From Octopus sinensis (taxonomy: Eukaryota): a stretch of DNA of 64,000 bases. The stretch is taken from the NCBI RefSeq assembly GCF_006345805.1, contig NW_021832866.1, forward strand, positions 28,098-92,097, in the 5' to 3' direction. Both the position numbers and the translations under genes were made by a program. The notes beneath the pieces are model-generated. The model searched no databases. It was not told the origin of the DNA and saw only the letters and a list, made by a program, of their open reading frames with translations. This document shows, in pieces, positions 14,263-27,787 of the stretch (position 1 is the stretch's first letter; each line of letters opens with the position of its first letter).

Positions 14263-15537
14263 AAACAAACCCAGAGGCTTGATAAGTTATGGAGAAAGTA
14301 TGACTATGAAAGTCTTTTTTATACAATAATATTGTATAAAAAATGACTTCCGTAGTTTCTTTCTCTGTAACTTATCAAGCCTCCAGGTTTGTTTACAAAT
14401 TTTATATATAGTACTAGACAGTTAAGTATCTATACATAAGATTTGACTGAAATTTATGGGTGAGTGTCTGGCTTAATTAGCTGCACAAGGAGCCGTGTTA
14501 GCGTTGATATGTAGGTTTGATTCTAGCCTGAGTTAGCTCATTGTTTTTCAGTCAGTTGTTTAAATAATTGTCACTTTAGTTGCAGTATATATATTATTAT
14601 TATGATATATTATTATATAGTTATTATTCTACATAAAAGGGCACCATTCAAGTGTGATCGCTACCAGTGTTGCCTTACTGGCACTTGTGCCTGTGCTAGT
14701 AGGGTGCCAAGAGTACCATCCGAGCATGATCGTTGCCAGAGCAGCCAACTGGCTCCGTACCGGTGGCACGTAAAACGGCACCATTTGAGCATGATCATTA
14801 CCAGCGTCACCTTACTGGCACCCATGCCGGTGGCATGTGTAAAAAGATTCGAGCGAGGTCATTGCCAGTACTGCCTGACTGGTCCCCATGCCAGTGGCAC
14901 GTAAAAAGCACCCACTACACTCCAAGAGTGGTTGGCATTAGGAAGGGCATCCAGTTGTAGAAACTCTGCCAGTTCAAGATTGGGGCCTGATGCAGCCATC
15001 TGGTTCGCCAGACCTCAGTCAAAATCGTCCAACCCATGCTAGCATGGAAAGTGGACGTTAAACGATGATGATGATGATGATGACTATCATCTCTTGATCT
15101 ACCCCAAGCTATGGTTTTTGTCTACTACACATTTCCGTATCAACCATCTACTACCATTTATTTCCAACCATACACCACACCATATCTATATGATACCAGA
15201 TCTAGTTATCAGATGCCAAATCTGTACAGACACCATCAACAGACATCACCGAAAGGTCCTCCAACAAAGTCAGGTTTAAATTATCTCTGCAAACATAATG
15301 AGTTTTTTGTGCTCCTGCCCATGCAAGCAATTATAATCTGCTTTCTCTCTCTCTTTCTTCTAGTCACGAGTGGCAGCCCAAAGTCAAGGAGAAAGAAACT
15401 TTCATATTTTCTACCAGTTGCTTAGTGCTGATGATACTAGTTTTTTAAGTAAGTCTCTTCTCTTTTTAGCCTTCCATCTGTCTATCTGTTCATCCATCCA
15501 ACCATCCAGCTGTCCAGATACATTTCTATACATACAT

Positions 15538-15597
<60 letters not shown>

Positions 15598-15670
15598 TAT
15601 ATATATGCATGCTTATCTATATATACATGCATGTCTGTCTGTTTATCTATCTACGCTCTCTCTCTCTCCC

Positions 15671-15712
<42 letters not shown>

Positions 15713-18700
15713 TTTATGAATAAAGCTGCAAAGACATCACAAAAACTGTTACTCAAAGTTTCACGTTGCTGTTCGTCGGACAGTTTTGGTTTTTCTCAAC
15801 CAAAACTATTCAATGAACAACAGAGTGATACTCTGAGTAAATGTTTTTGTGATGTCTTTGCAACTTTATTCATAAAGCAAATTACTCTACCTCCAGTATT
15901 CGAGTACTATTTTCCCACCTTGGTTCACATTCATGTGCTTACTCTGGTATATATATATATATATATAATTAGAAAAACCACTATTGCCACTATTATGCAA
16001 TTCAAATAATGATAGGCATAATCCAAATCATAAATAAAAAATAAAATATATTTTAAAACATATAACTAGATCACAAGAAGTACAAAAATGAACAAACAAT
16101 ATATAATAAGTAAAAATACTACGTACGTTTCATGGCTATAATTTTAAATTGCATAATAGTGGTTTTTCTCTAATTTGTATATATTTATATATATCATATA
16201 TTTATATTGTGAAATTTGATTTAATACTAAATTGAATTTTTCCCTGTAAGTTTGGAGTTATACTCCCTAATATTATATATATATATGCAAGCATACAAAC
16301 ATATACATGTTTGTGTATGTATTTTAGTTTAATCAATTGTAGTAAATTTATAAATATTACCTGCCCAACTACTACTACCACTATTCTTCATTGTATTATT
16401 TTGATTTCTTTTTCTCCAAATTTAGAATCTTTAAAAATTTCTAGAAATGCTGAGAATTACAATTTTCTGAAGACCAGTGGCTGTGTCCGGGTTGGAACCA
16501 TCGATGATAAGGAGAACTTCTATGCTGTCAAGGTAGGTGCTGTAGCATGGTCCATCTTTTCTAAGAGCATGTGCTTCTTTATCATTGCTGAATGCATTGT
16601 CGCTATTAATCGACCTGTGAAGGTGACAAGCTGGCAGAATCGTTAACATACCAGATTGGATGCTTAGCAGTATTTCATCTATTGTCACATTCTGAGTTCA
16701 AATTCTGCTGAGGTTGACTTTACTTTTCATCCTTTTGGGGTTGATAAAATAAAAACCAGTTGAGCACTGGGGTTGATTTAATCAAGTTACACCCTGCCCT
16801 GAAATTGCTGGTCTTATGCCAAAATTCGAAACCATTATTAATCAACTTGTGTTATCTCTCTCTTTTTTTCTTTAGCTCTCTTGCTCTCCACTCCTTAATT
16901 TTCAACATTACACCTGTAGTCTGTATATCTATTATCCATAGACACAGGCATTCCTTCTTTCTACCTGTAATTACACCTGTAGTCTGTATGTCTATTATCC
17001 ATAGACACAGGCATTCCTTCTTTCTACCTGTAATTACACCCCACCCATGTAATCTTTCTAAATCTTATTTCTAAACATTTCAGAATGGAATGGAAGTAAT
17101 TGGTTTCCAAATCCAGGAAATCTTTGCCGTGTTTCAATTAGTTTCCAGTGTTTTAAAGTTGGGAAATTTAGAGTTTCACCATCGAAGTAACGTAGATGGC
17201 ACCAATGGTTGTGTCTTAGTGAATGAGTATGGTAAGTACTGCCCTTCATTCGAGATTATTACACCAAAACCTCACACTCATAAGCATCACTCACACTCAT
17301 AATCATCACTCACACTCACATCATGTTTGGGCTGCTTTTATTTTCTGCTTGGGACAACATGTTTAATGTTCTGTTGGTGGTGCAATAAACCACACTCAGC
17401 CCACACTCTAGGTTAAACAGAAAGACAAAGCTGGTTGGGTTTGCTCTGTTTTTCTATTATGGATCTGGTACAAAAGTGAGAGATTTGGTACAGTTGTGAG
17501 ACAGATATGGTACAGATACAAAATAGATCAAACACAGATGAGATACATCTGGTACAGATGTGACTGGTCTGGTATGTATGTGTGACAGATCTGGTACAGA
17601 TATGAGAGATTTGGTACAGTTGTGAGACAGATATGGTACAGGTACAAAATAGATCAAACACAGATGAGATACATCTGGTACAGATGTGACTGGTCTGGTA
17701 TGTATGTGTGACAGATCTGGTACAGATATGAGAGAAATCTAATGCAGATGTAAGACAAATCTGGTGCAGATGTGGGACAGATGTAAGACAAATATTCATT
17801 TGATAAATAGTTTCTGTTGTGGATAAGATTCCAAAATGATGTGTCACAAAGTTGTCTGGTGAGCATCCATAAATTCACATAAAATGATGATGATGATGAT
17901 GATCAATGAATGGCTTTTATATCATTATCATTTAATGTCTATTTTCCATGCTGGCATGGGTTGGACAGATTGACAGGGCGGCGAGCTGGCAGAATCGTTA
18001 GCAGGCCGGGCGAAATGCTTAGCGGTATTTCACCTGTTGCAACGTTGTGAGTTCAAATTCCGCCGAGGTCAACTTTGCCTTTCATCCTTTCGGGGACGAT
18101 AAATTAAGTACCAGTTACGCACTGGGGTCAATGTAATCAACTTAATACCTATGTCTGTCCTTGTTTGTCCCCTCTATGTTTAGCCCCTTGTGGGTAATAA
18201 AGAAATAGATTGACAGGATTTATTGAGCAGCAGGGCTGCACCAAATTCCTTTTAGCTTTGGCATTGTTTAACAAAGCTGGCCTTTTGAAATACAGGCACA
18301 ACTCATTTTTATCAGCTGAGTGGACTGGGGCAACATGAAATAAAGTCCCAAGGTCACAACACACTGTCCGGTATTGAACTCATGACCTTAAGATCATTAG
18401 CCAAATATCCTAACCACTTGGTCACATGCTTTCACACCTCAATGTAAACTCAGTAGGTCTGACCGGCTATTATATACCCCTATGCAAAGACCATAGAATT
18501 GATGCAATCTTATATATACCCCTACAGAAAATCTTCTCCATTTGCTTTCCCCCTAAGTCGTTTATAAATAATAAATAAAATAAATGCGCCCTTTTTAAAG
18601 CCTAGGCAGGCTCATGGGCCCGGTTTCCCGGTTTCAATGGTGTATATGTTCCCCAGCTGGACGGGATGCCAGTCCATTGCAGTGTTACTCATTTTTGCCA

Positions 18701-21258
18701 GCTGAGTGGACTGGAGCAACGTGAAATGAAGTGTTTTGCTCAAGAACACAATGCACCACCCAGTCCAGGAATCGAAACCACAATCTTTCAATCATGATGC
18801 TGACACTCTAACCACTAAGCCAAGCGCCTCCAAAGTGCCACTATATTACCTTGCCACATCCCCAATTTTGTCATTATCTTACAATTTGTGTACCTCCATA
18901 TCTGAGATGCCCCAGGGTGGTAGCCTTTACCTACTCCTGTTCTGTAATGTTCTAATGAGTTGTGTGTCACTTGCAGAGGCCCAGGAGATTGCCGAGTTGT
19001 TAGGTTGCTCCTATGAAGAGTTGAAGACTGCCTTAACCCAACGCACTGTCGAGGCCCGTGGAGAGAAGTTAAAAACTGACTTAAGTACAGCTGATGTAAG
19101 TATTTCTTGAATATTACAACCACCTGCACATCAACCACAACCACCACTACCTCCTATACTATAACTACTACTATTACTTATGACACCACTAACACTTACA
19201 TTACTACTACTACTGCTGATCCTTCAACTACAACATTACCACTGTTATTATCACCACCACCTACACTATCCCTACCACCCCATCACTAACTCTGCCACCA
19301 CCACTTATATTTCCACTAATTACCTACCATTTATATGGTAGGTAATAGTATACCATTATACTATTACCAACACCACTGCTATCATCAACATTACTACTCC
19401 TGCGCTATTACTGCAATCATCGTTTCTTAGACCATTATTGCTACTCTGCCCATCACTATAATTACAACCTCATACAACTGTTACTACTACTACTACTACT
19501 ACAACTAGCACCGTTACTACTACATATACCACTACTACAGTGACACCATCATCACTGTTTATGAACACAACCACCAATTTACACCTCCCGCTACTACCAT
19601 GACCACATTCACCATCACAACTATTATCTTCATCAGCATCATCATCACTACTACTATATTCAACCGACTCCTACCACACTCACCATCACCACCATAATCA
19701 TCACTATAATCACCATCACTGCCATTACAACCATTGCCGTCACCACCATCCTCACAGTCATCCACCACCACCACCACCACTAACCCATGTTACCTTTGTC
19801 TCTTCCCTTACAGTCCGCCTATGCCAGAGATGCTTTATCAAAAGCCATTTATAGTCGAATGTTTTCATGGTTGGTGCAGAGAATCAACGATGGTATAAGG
19901 GTAAGTTGTCTTTGAGAATTTCAATGTTGTTATTTTCCATCTCACCATTTTGGGAATAATTCCACAAATGGTGAGATTGTCTCCATGTGGGAATGAAAGA
20001 TAGATTTTGAAGAAATCGGTGATGGACAGCACGAGTAATGATGAGAATAAACTTCAAGAGCCTAGTACAGGTGGCAGTCTCGTACAGATCTATAAGACAG
20101 ATCTGGTTCAAATGAAAGACAGATCTAGTGCAGATGTGAGACAGATCTAGTGCAGATGTGAGACAGATATAGTGTAGATGTGAGATATTTGGTACAGTTG
20201 TGAGACAGATATGGTACAGATACAAAATAGATCAAACACAGATGTGACTGGTCTGGAATGTATGTGTGACAGATCTGGTACAGATATGAGAGAAATCTAA
20301 TGCAGATGTAAGATAAATCTGGTGCAGATGTGGGGACAGATGTAAGACAAAAGGCTTTAAAAAAGATATGTGAGCACTGGAGTTGATTTGTTTGATGAAA
20401 AATTCTTCAAGGTGTTGCCCCAGCATGGCCATAGTCTAATGATTGAAACAATAAATGACAAAAGACAGCAGTCAACACCCGGATACATTAGCATATGAAC
20501 AAGTATCACATGACCCAGAGAGGTAATTCTAATGCAGTCTGTGTCCAAATTAAATCTGCCCCACAAAGGATCCTCCATATACAAACACACACACTGATGG
20601 AGAGATATAGGCGTAGGAGTGGCTGTGTGGTAAGTAGCTTGCTTACGAACCACATGGTTCCGGGTTCAGTCCCACTGCGTGGCACCTTGGGCAAGTGTCT
20701 CCTACAATAGTCTTGAGCTGGCCAAAGCATGGTGAGTGGATTTGGTAGACGGAAACTGAAAGAAGTCTATCATATATGTCAGTGTGTGTCTTTATGTTTC
20801 TGTTTTTTTTTTCCCCACGACCACTTGACAACGAGTGTTGGTTTGTTTACATTCCTATAAGTTGGTGGTTCAACATAAGAGACCGATAGAATAAGCACCA
20901 GGTTTTTATTTTAAAAAATAAGTACTGGGGTCAACTTGTTTGACTAAAATCCTTCGAGGCAGTGCCCCAGCTTGGCCATAGTGCAATGTCTAAAACGAAT
21001 AAAAATAACAAATTCCTCCTGATGCAGGCGAGCATAGACATGTGGACATTAAAACACTGATGGTGATTATATATATTTATATATATTTATACTTATAAAA
21101 TTCAAATTTACAGAAAACAAAAGATAAAGCCGGATGAGGGAATAACAAGTAGGTGTATTAGTTTTGATGCTTAGGTAGAATGGGAAAGTCTTTGACATTT
21201 TGAGCCTATGCTCTTTGACAGAAAGGGATGAGAGGAAACAAAGTAGAGAGAGAATGAA

Positions 21259-21296
<38 letters not shown>

Positions 21297-21402
21297 AAAG
21301 ATATGTAAGGATTAACAGTTTAACACACACACACACACGTCCAATAACACTATACTTGTTCCACATCCTTGCATTGTTGTATTTGTTCATGTTTGGATTA
21401 AC

Positions 21403-21435
<33 letters not shown>

Positions 21436-22256
21436 GGGGAGAGTTTACGAAAAAAACAAAAGACGAAGACAGGTGGTGTACAAAACAAACAGATGTATTA
21501 GTATAACACTCAGGAATAGAAAAAGTCTTTTACATTTTGAGCCTACGCTCTTCTACATAAAAGGAGACAGAATAAACAAGGAGAGAAAAAAAGTGTGTGT
21601 AGTGGCTAACGATCTATCATGGCGACTATATGTAATCATCATTTAATGTGTGTGTGTCTTTTTTTCCTCTCCTTGTTTTTTCTTTGTTCCTTTCTGTAGA
21701 AGAGCATAGGCTCGAAACATAAAAGACTTTTTCTATTCCTTAGCATTATACTAATACATCTCTTTGTTTTGTACACCACCTGTCTTCGTCTTTTGTTTTT
21801 TTTTCGTAAACTCTCCCTATATATATATATGTACTCATACACATACACATATAGACACAGGCATACTCATAAAGATACACACAGATGCAGTGGTGATACT
21901 GGTTGTATCACAAATCTGTCATGTTTTAAGAACACAGGGTAAAAAACTAAAAAATAATTGATTATTAGAAAGATACACAAGTTTTTGAATTTAGGCATTT
22001 TTCTTAATCAAAAATATGAGCAAATGTTAGATAGAATTCTGGATAATATGAAATATTTCTATAGAAGTCTCTCTCTATCTCTCTCACCACACACACACAC
22101 ACACACACACACACAAATATTGTGTGTACATATATATATATATCTGTATATGAAGGTATATATGACCTTTACTTGAACTTATGAAAAAATTCCTCTGAGA
22201 ATCCATCAGGTTATCTAACCAAAAAAAGTTCTCTTTCATTCTTTCTTTGTGTGTGT

Positions 22257-22295
<39 letters not shown>

Positions 22296-22497
22296 AGTAT
22301 CTTTTATTCTTTAGAGTTTGAATGATTTCTATAGAAAGCGAAATAGTTGAACTGTGAAGAATTTGTCTGTGTGCAAGTTAAGGAATCGGTGAACTCTGCT
22401 GTGTAATGCTTTCACACTTCACTACATTCTTCATAGAGTATCAGAGCTAGTATATTACTGAACTTTCTTCTGAAGATTGCAGATAAGCAAGTATTCA

Positions 22498-22540
<43 letters not shown>

Positions 22541-25500
22541 AGAGGTGGTGGCAAAGGTGCTGGTGTTGTTATTGTTAGCCGTGGTCAACTTCCACGGAAC
22601 ATATCTCTGGCATTTTAAGTCAGCAGTCCACAAAGAAAACCAGTTGATTCACACACATACTGTGTGTCACTATAACATCATATTGTATATATGCATGTAT
22701 ATTGATATACTCTTTTACTTGTTTCAGTCATTTGACTGTGGCCATGCTGGAGCACTGCCTTTTTAGTCGAGCAAATCAACCCCAGGTCTTATTCCTTGTA
22801 AGCCTAGTACTTGTTCCATCGGTCTCTTTTGCTGAACTGCTAAGTTACGGGGACGTAAACACACCAGCATCAGTTATCAAGCGATATTGGGGGCGAGCTG
22901 GCAGAAACGTTAGCGCGCTGGGTGAAATGCGTGGCCGTACTTCATCTGCCGTTACGTCCTGGGTTCAAATTCCGCCGAGGTTGACTTTGCCTTTCATCCT
23001 TTCGGAGTCGATAAATTAAGTACCAGTTACGCACTGGGGTCGATATAATCGACTTCATCCCTTTGTCTGTCCTTGTTTGTCCCCTCTGTGTTTAGCCCCT
23101 TGTGGGTAGTAAAGAAATAGATATTGGGGGGACAAACACAGACACACAAACATATATACACACATACATACATACACACAGATATATATACATATATACG
23201 ATGGGATTCTTTCAGTTTCCGTCTACCAAATCCACTCACAAGGCTTTGGTCAGCCCGAAGCTATAGTAGAAGACACTTGCCCAAGGTGCCACACAGTGGG
23301 ACTGAACCCAGAGCCATGTGATTGGTAAGCAGGCTACTTACCACACAGCCACTCCTACGCCTACGTATGTATGTATGAATGAATACATGTGCACATGTGT
23401 ATGAGAGGGCTACATCCTGTGCTGACAATAAAGGAATTCTCTCTCTCTCTTTCTCTTTGAAGGGCGGAGTGTATGGTGCAGGAGTGATGAGTGCAATATT
23501 GTATATTAGTAAAGTGGAGGTGCAATGGCCCAGTGGTTAGGGCAGCAGACTCGCGGTCATAGGATCGCGGTTTCGATTCCCAGACCGGGCGTTGTGAATG
23601 CTTATTGAGTGAAAACACCTAAAAGCTCCACGAGGCTCCGGCAGGGGATGGTGGTGATCCCTGCTGTACTTTTTCACCACAACTTTCTCTCACTCTTACT
23701 TCCTGTTTCTGTTGTACCTGTATTTCAAGGGGCCAGCCTTGTCACTCTCTGTGTCACGCTGAATATCCCCGAGAACTACGTTAAGGGTGCACGTGTCTGT
23801 GGAGTGCTCAGCCACTTACACGTTAATTTCACAAGCAGGCTATTCCGTTGATCGGATCAACCGGAACCCTCGTCGTCGTAACCGACGGAGTGCTTCCATA
23901 TTAGTAAAACATGGACAGTGAATGTAGGTGATGTGAACGTGATGGAGAGAACTAAAGCTGGCATGCTGTGATGGTTTTGAAATGTTGGGGTTTTTTAGAT
24001 TTAGGAAAGCACATTAGTCGCTATCTACAGTTGTTGGTGGTGGTGGTGTTTGTTTTGTTAGGTTTCCAAAGTTCTGCTGGAAAAGACAAGCAGGTGGACA
24101 AACAGACAGAACTACATCCCACATGGAGGTTGTTAAAAACAATGATTAGTTCGTTCATGTAATGTATCAGAGAGAGGAGTTAAAATAGTTGTGGGTGGCA
24201 GTGGCGGTGGAGGAGCTGAGTGGAATCAGATACAGAGTGGGATTTGAGGCGATTGTGGTGGTATGGATATGTAATGTGGGTGGTTGATGCCATTTGCATA
24301 ATGATTTTTAGGGTCCTGATAGGGGCTGGAATGTGTGTAAGAAAGAGACTGGGGAAAAAGAGGACCAAGTGATGGAGGCTAATCTCAGGATTATTGACTT
24401 CATTAAGGAGATGACAGAGGACCGTTGGCAATGGGGACCTCCAGTTCTCAGACCCCAGACCCTATCCCTGCTCACTGTTCTCAGAGTGGAAATGGCTGTC
24501 TGCAAGTGTGAGCCCTGTGAGTCATAGTGACTGTGCCAGTGTATCTCCCTCACCATCCTCCAGGGTAACACCTTTTCCATTTAGTCTGCTGGGGATCATA
24601 TTATACATTGCACTCTCGGCGGCCCTGGAAAATCCGAGCCCATAACGATTCGCAGCTCTCAAGTCGGTCTGTACCCACCATCCACAGCAGTTACTCCATA
24701 TAATGCCTGGCACTTTATGGAAAGCAGTAGGCTTTTGCATTCCACTGATGCCCGATGAACTAGCAGTGTGCACTTCTTGAGAAGACATCCCCACACATTC
24801 AAACAGGTGAGAGGAAAACTAAAACAACATAGTACACGGCCACAGCACTAGATGCCCTTCCTGTCTCCAGCTCTGTTACTTATCCCCCACACTGTCCAGA
24901 GATGGCATTTATTTATTCTAAAGTCTGGATACAAACAATGTTTTATAAATATGTGTAGTCCATATGATAACATTTTCTTGATTTTGTTTTTCTGTTTCAG
25001 GTGAAGAAAAAAAACAAAACAAAAGTGATGGGTGTGTTAGACATATATGGTTTTGAAGTTTTTGAGGTGAGTTACTTTTGAACATGATTTGTATGTCATT
25101 CCTGGCGCTATATTATGCCTTCCCTGTTGATCTATGCCAAAACCTTTGTTGTCCATTTCTACCGTTACATTTGTACTGTATTATGAAGTAGAACCTGAAT
25201 AAATCCTGAGAGGGATGTCACAGCAGGATTGTCCATCTGGTCTTAGATGTCCAGTGGATGTAAATCCTGAGCATTGACCTTTCTGCTGTTCTGTCATTGG
25301 TGACACAAAAGATATACTATCAAGATATCTGAGGATTATGTGTGACATGTGACATCCCAACATATGACATCCTGACCTTGTCTACTGGGAACACCATACA
25401 TGGCGATTAGATGTGGGCACAACTGAAGAAAGACATCAACTAAGCCAGAGTTAAAGAGCTTCTCTCTGGCATGGTAGATAGAGATGAGTGGAGGGTGCCC

Positions 25501-27747
25501 TGGGCTTCATTGCTTTAGCCTTCTCTTCATAATGGAAGTAAGGGGCAGTTAACACTCTTATTTTGTTATACCAGTCATGTGATGTGGGCATGTCTAAAGT
25601 AAGGCATCAATTATGCCAGAATTGAAGAGATAGGATAGGTGGGTGGTGTCATGTTGAGAGCTCAAGTAACTGCATTGCCTTGGTCTCGTCTTCATAGGGA
25701 AAAAAGGAGGCAGTTAACATTTTTATCTTGTTATACCAGTCATGTGCCAACTTGGCCCATGGAACTTTCTCAGTGGCCTGCCAAAAAAGAAAACAATTGC
25801 TTAGACTTTTTCTTTAGTGTGAGCCTGCCTGATGATGAACTATGTCTCATGTACCCTGCTTTATATAAAAGTTTCCCACCCATAGCTGCCACAGTTTGGT
25901 TCTCCATCAGTTGTGACGATGAGTGTTCTAGATGATTTGATCAACAGACCAGCCTGCTCATAAAATTAACATGCAAGTGGCCATCACTCCACAAACACAT
26001 GTATCTTTAATGTAGTTCTCTGAGAGATTCAGCATGACAAGTCTGACCCTTTGAATTACTTTATTTCTCATTGCTCCAGCTGAGTGGACTGGAGCAATGT
26101 GAAATAAAGTGTCTTGCTTAAGGACAAGAAACACCAGCAGGAATTGAACTCCAGACCTTATGATCATAAGCTGAATATCCTAGCTACTAAGTCACATGCC
26201 TTCTCTCATGACTGTTCAAGACATTACCAAGTTAACTATTTTTTCTTGCTTCTTCTGTAATTTCCTGATTTTCATTTCTTAATCTTTTCCAATCTTCGTT
26301 TTCACAGAACAATAGTTTTGAACAGTTTATCATTAATTACTGTAATGAGAAATTACAACAAATTTTTATTGAATTAACCTTAAAAGAAGAACAAGAAGAA
26401 TATGTGAAGGAGGTAAGAATGTGTTAGATTCCTTACCAATTTTTGGTGTCTTGGAGTTTGCTGAGACTTTTGTCTTTCCATGTAGCAATAATATTCATAA
26501 TTAAATACAAGATAGTTTGGCATTATCTAATTGTTAATTTTAATTGCAAGTGTTAAATACTATCATCATCATCATCATTAACAATATCAACACCACCAAC
26601 ATCATTATTACCATCACTGACATCACCGCAACTCATCTTCATCATCATCATGATAACACCCACCACTACCACCACCACCACATCACCACTATCACTTTCA
26701 TTAATACCACCACTACTATCACCATCATTATCACTTCAACCACCACCATTATCATCGATATCACCAATACCCATACCATTATAATCATCACCACAACCAC
26801 CACCATCACCTATTACTACTGTAATTACTCTTCGTGGTATGCTACATTAAGTGACTGGTCATTGTTTTTAACATCCTCCATGTGTGATGCAGTTCTGCCT
26901 GTTTGTCTGTCTTTTCAAGCAGAAACTTAACAAGACAACAACAACAGCAACAATAGATAGTAACCAATGTATTTTCCTCTAAAAACACATAGTATTCATA
27001 TCATGGAGCCAAATGATTCAACATGTTTCTACTATGTGGCTAGTAAATGTTTACTGTTTCTACATGTTTACCCATCCCCATGTGGTGTATAGGCTTTATG
27101 ATAAAATTACACATTTCTTCCCCCACTTCATGCCGTGGACATGTGGTCTGCTATGACCCAATGTGTTTATGTTATGTAAAAGTATAACAAATAAGGAACT
27201 GTGTTTATGCAATAAAATTAACAGAAACCTGCAAAGGTGGCGAAATGGCAGAAACGTTAGCACGCCAGGTGAAATGCGTAACCGTATTTCGTCTGCCGTT
27301 ACGTTCTGTGTTCAAATTCCGCCGAGGTCGACTTTGCCTTTCATCCTTTTGGGGTCGATAAATTAAGTACCAGTTATACACTGGAGTCGATGTAATCGAC
27401 TTAATCCGTTTGCCTGTCCTTACGTCAAATCCTATTTCTTTACTATTTGTCGTATTTGAAATTACGTCAAATTCCTCCGAGGTCGACTTTAAGGATGGAA
27501 TATATGACATAGAGAAACGTCAGGTAAATGTCATAAATGAACATGGATCGTACTTTGATTAAATAAATCAGTTCTCTAACACTTCTGAAACATTTTATTG
27601 TTACCTTTCAAATACGACATTTCATGTGAAATAACCTAATATTTTTCTGACCCATTTTTTTTCAGGGAATTGAATGGATCCACGTGGATTATTTCAACAA
27701 TGCTGTGATATGTGAATTAATTGAAAAGGTAGGTAATGACAATTGTC

Positions 27748-27787
<40 letters not shown>

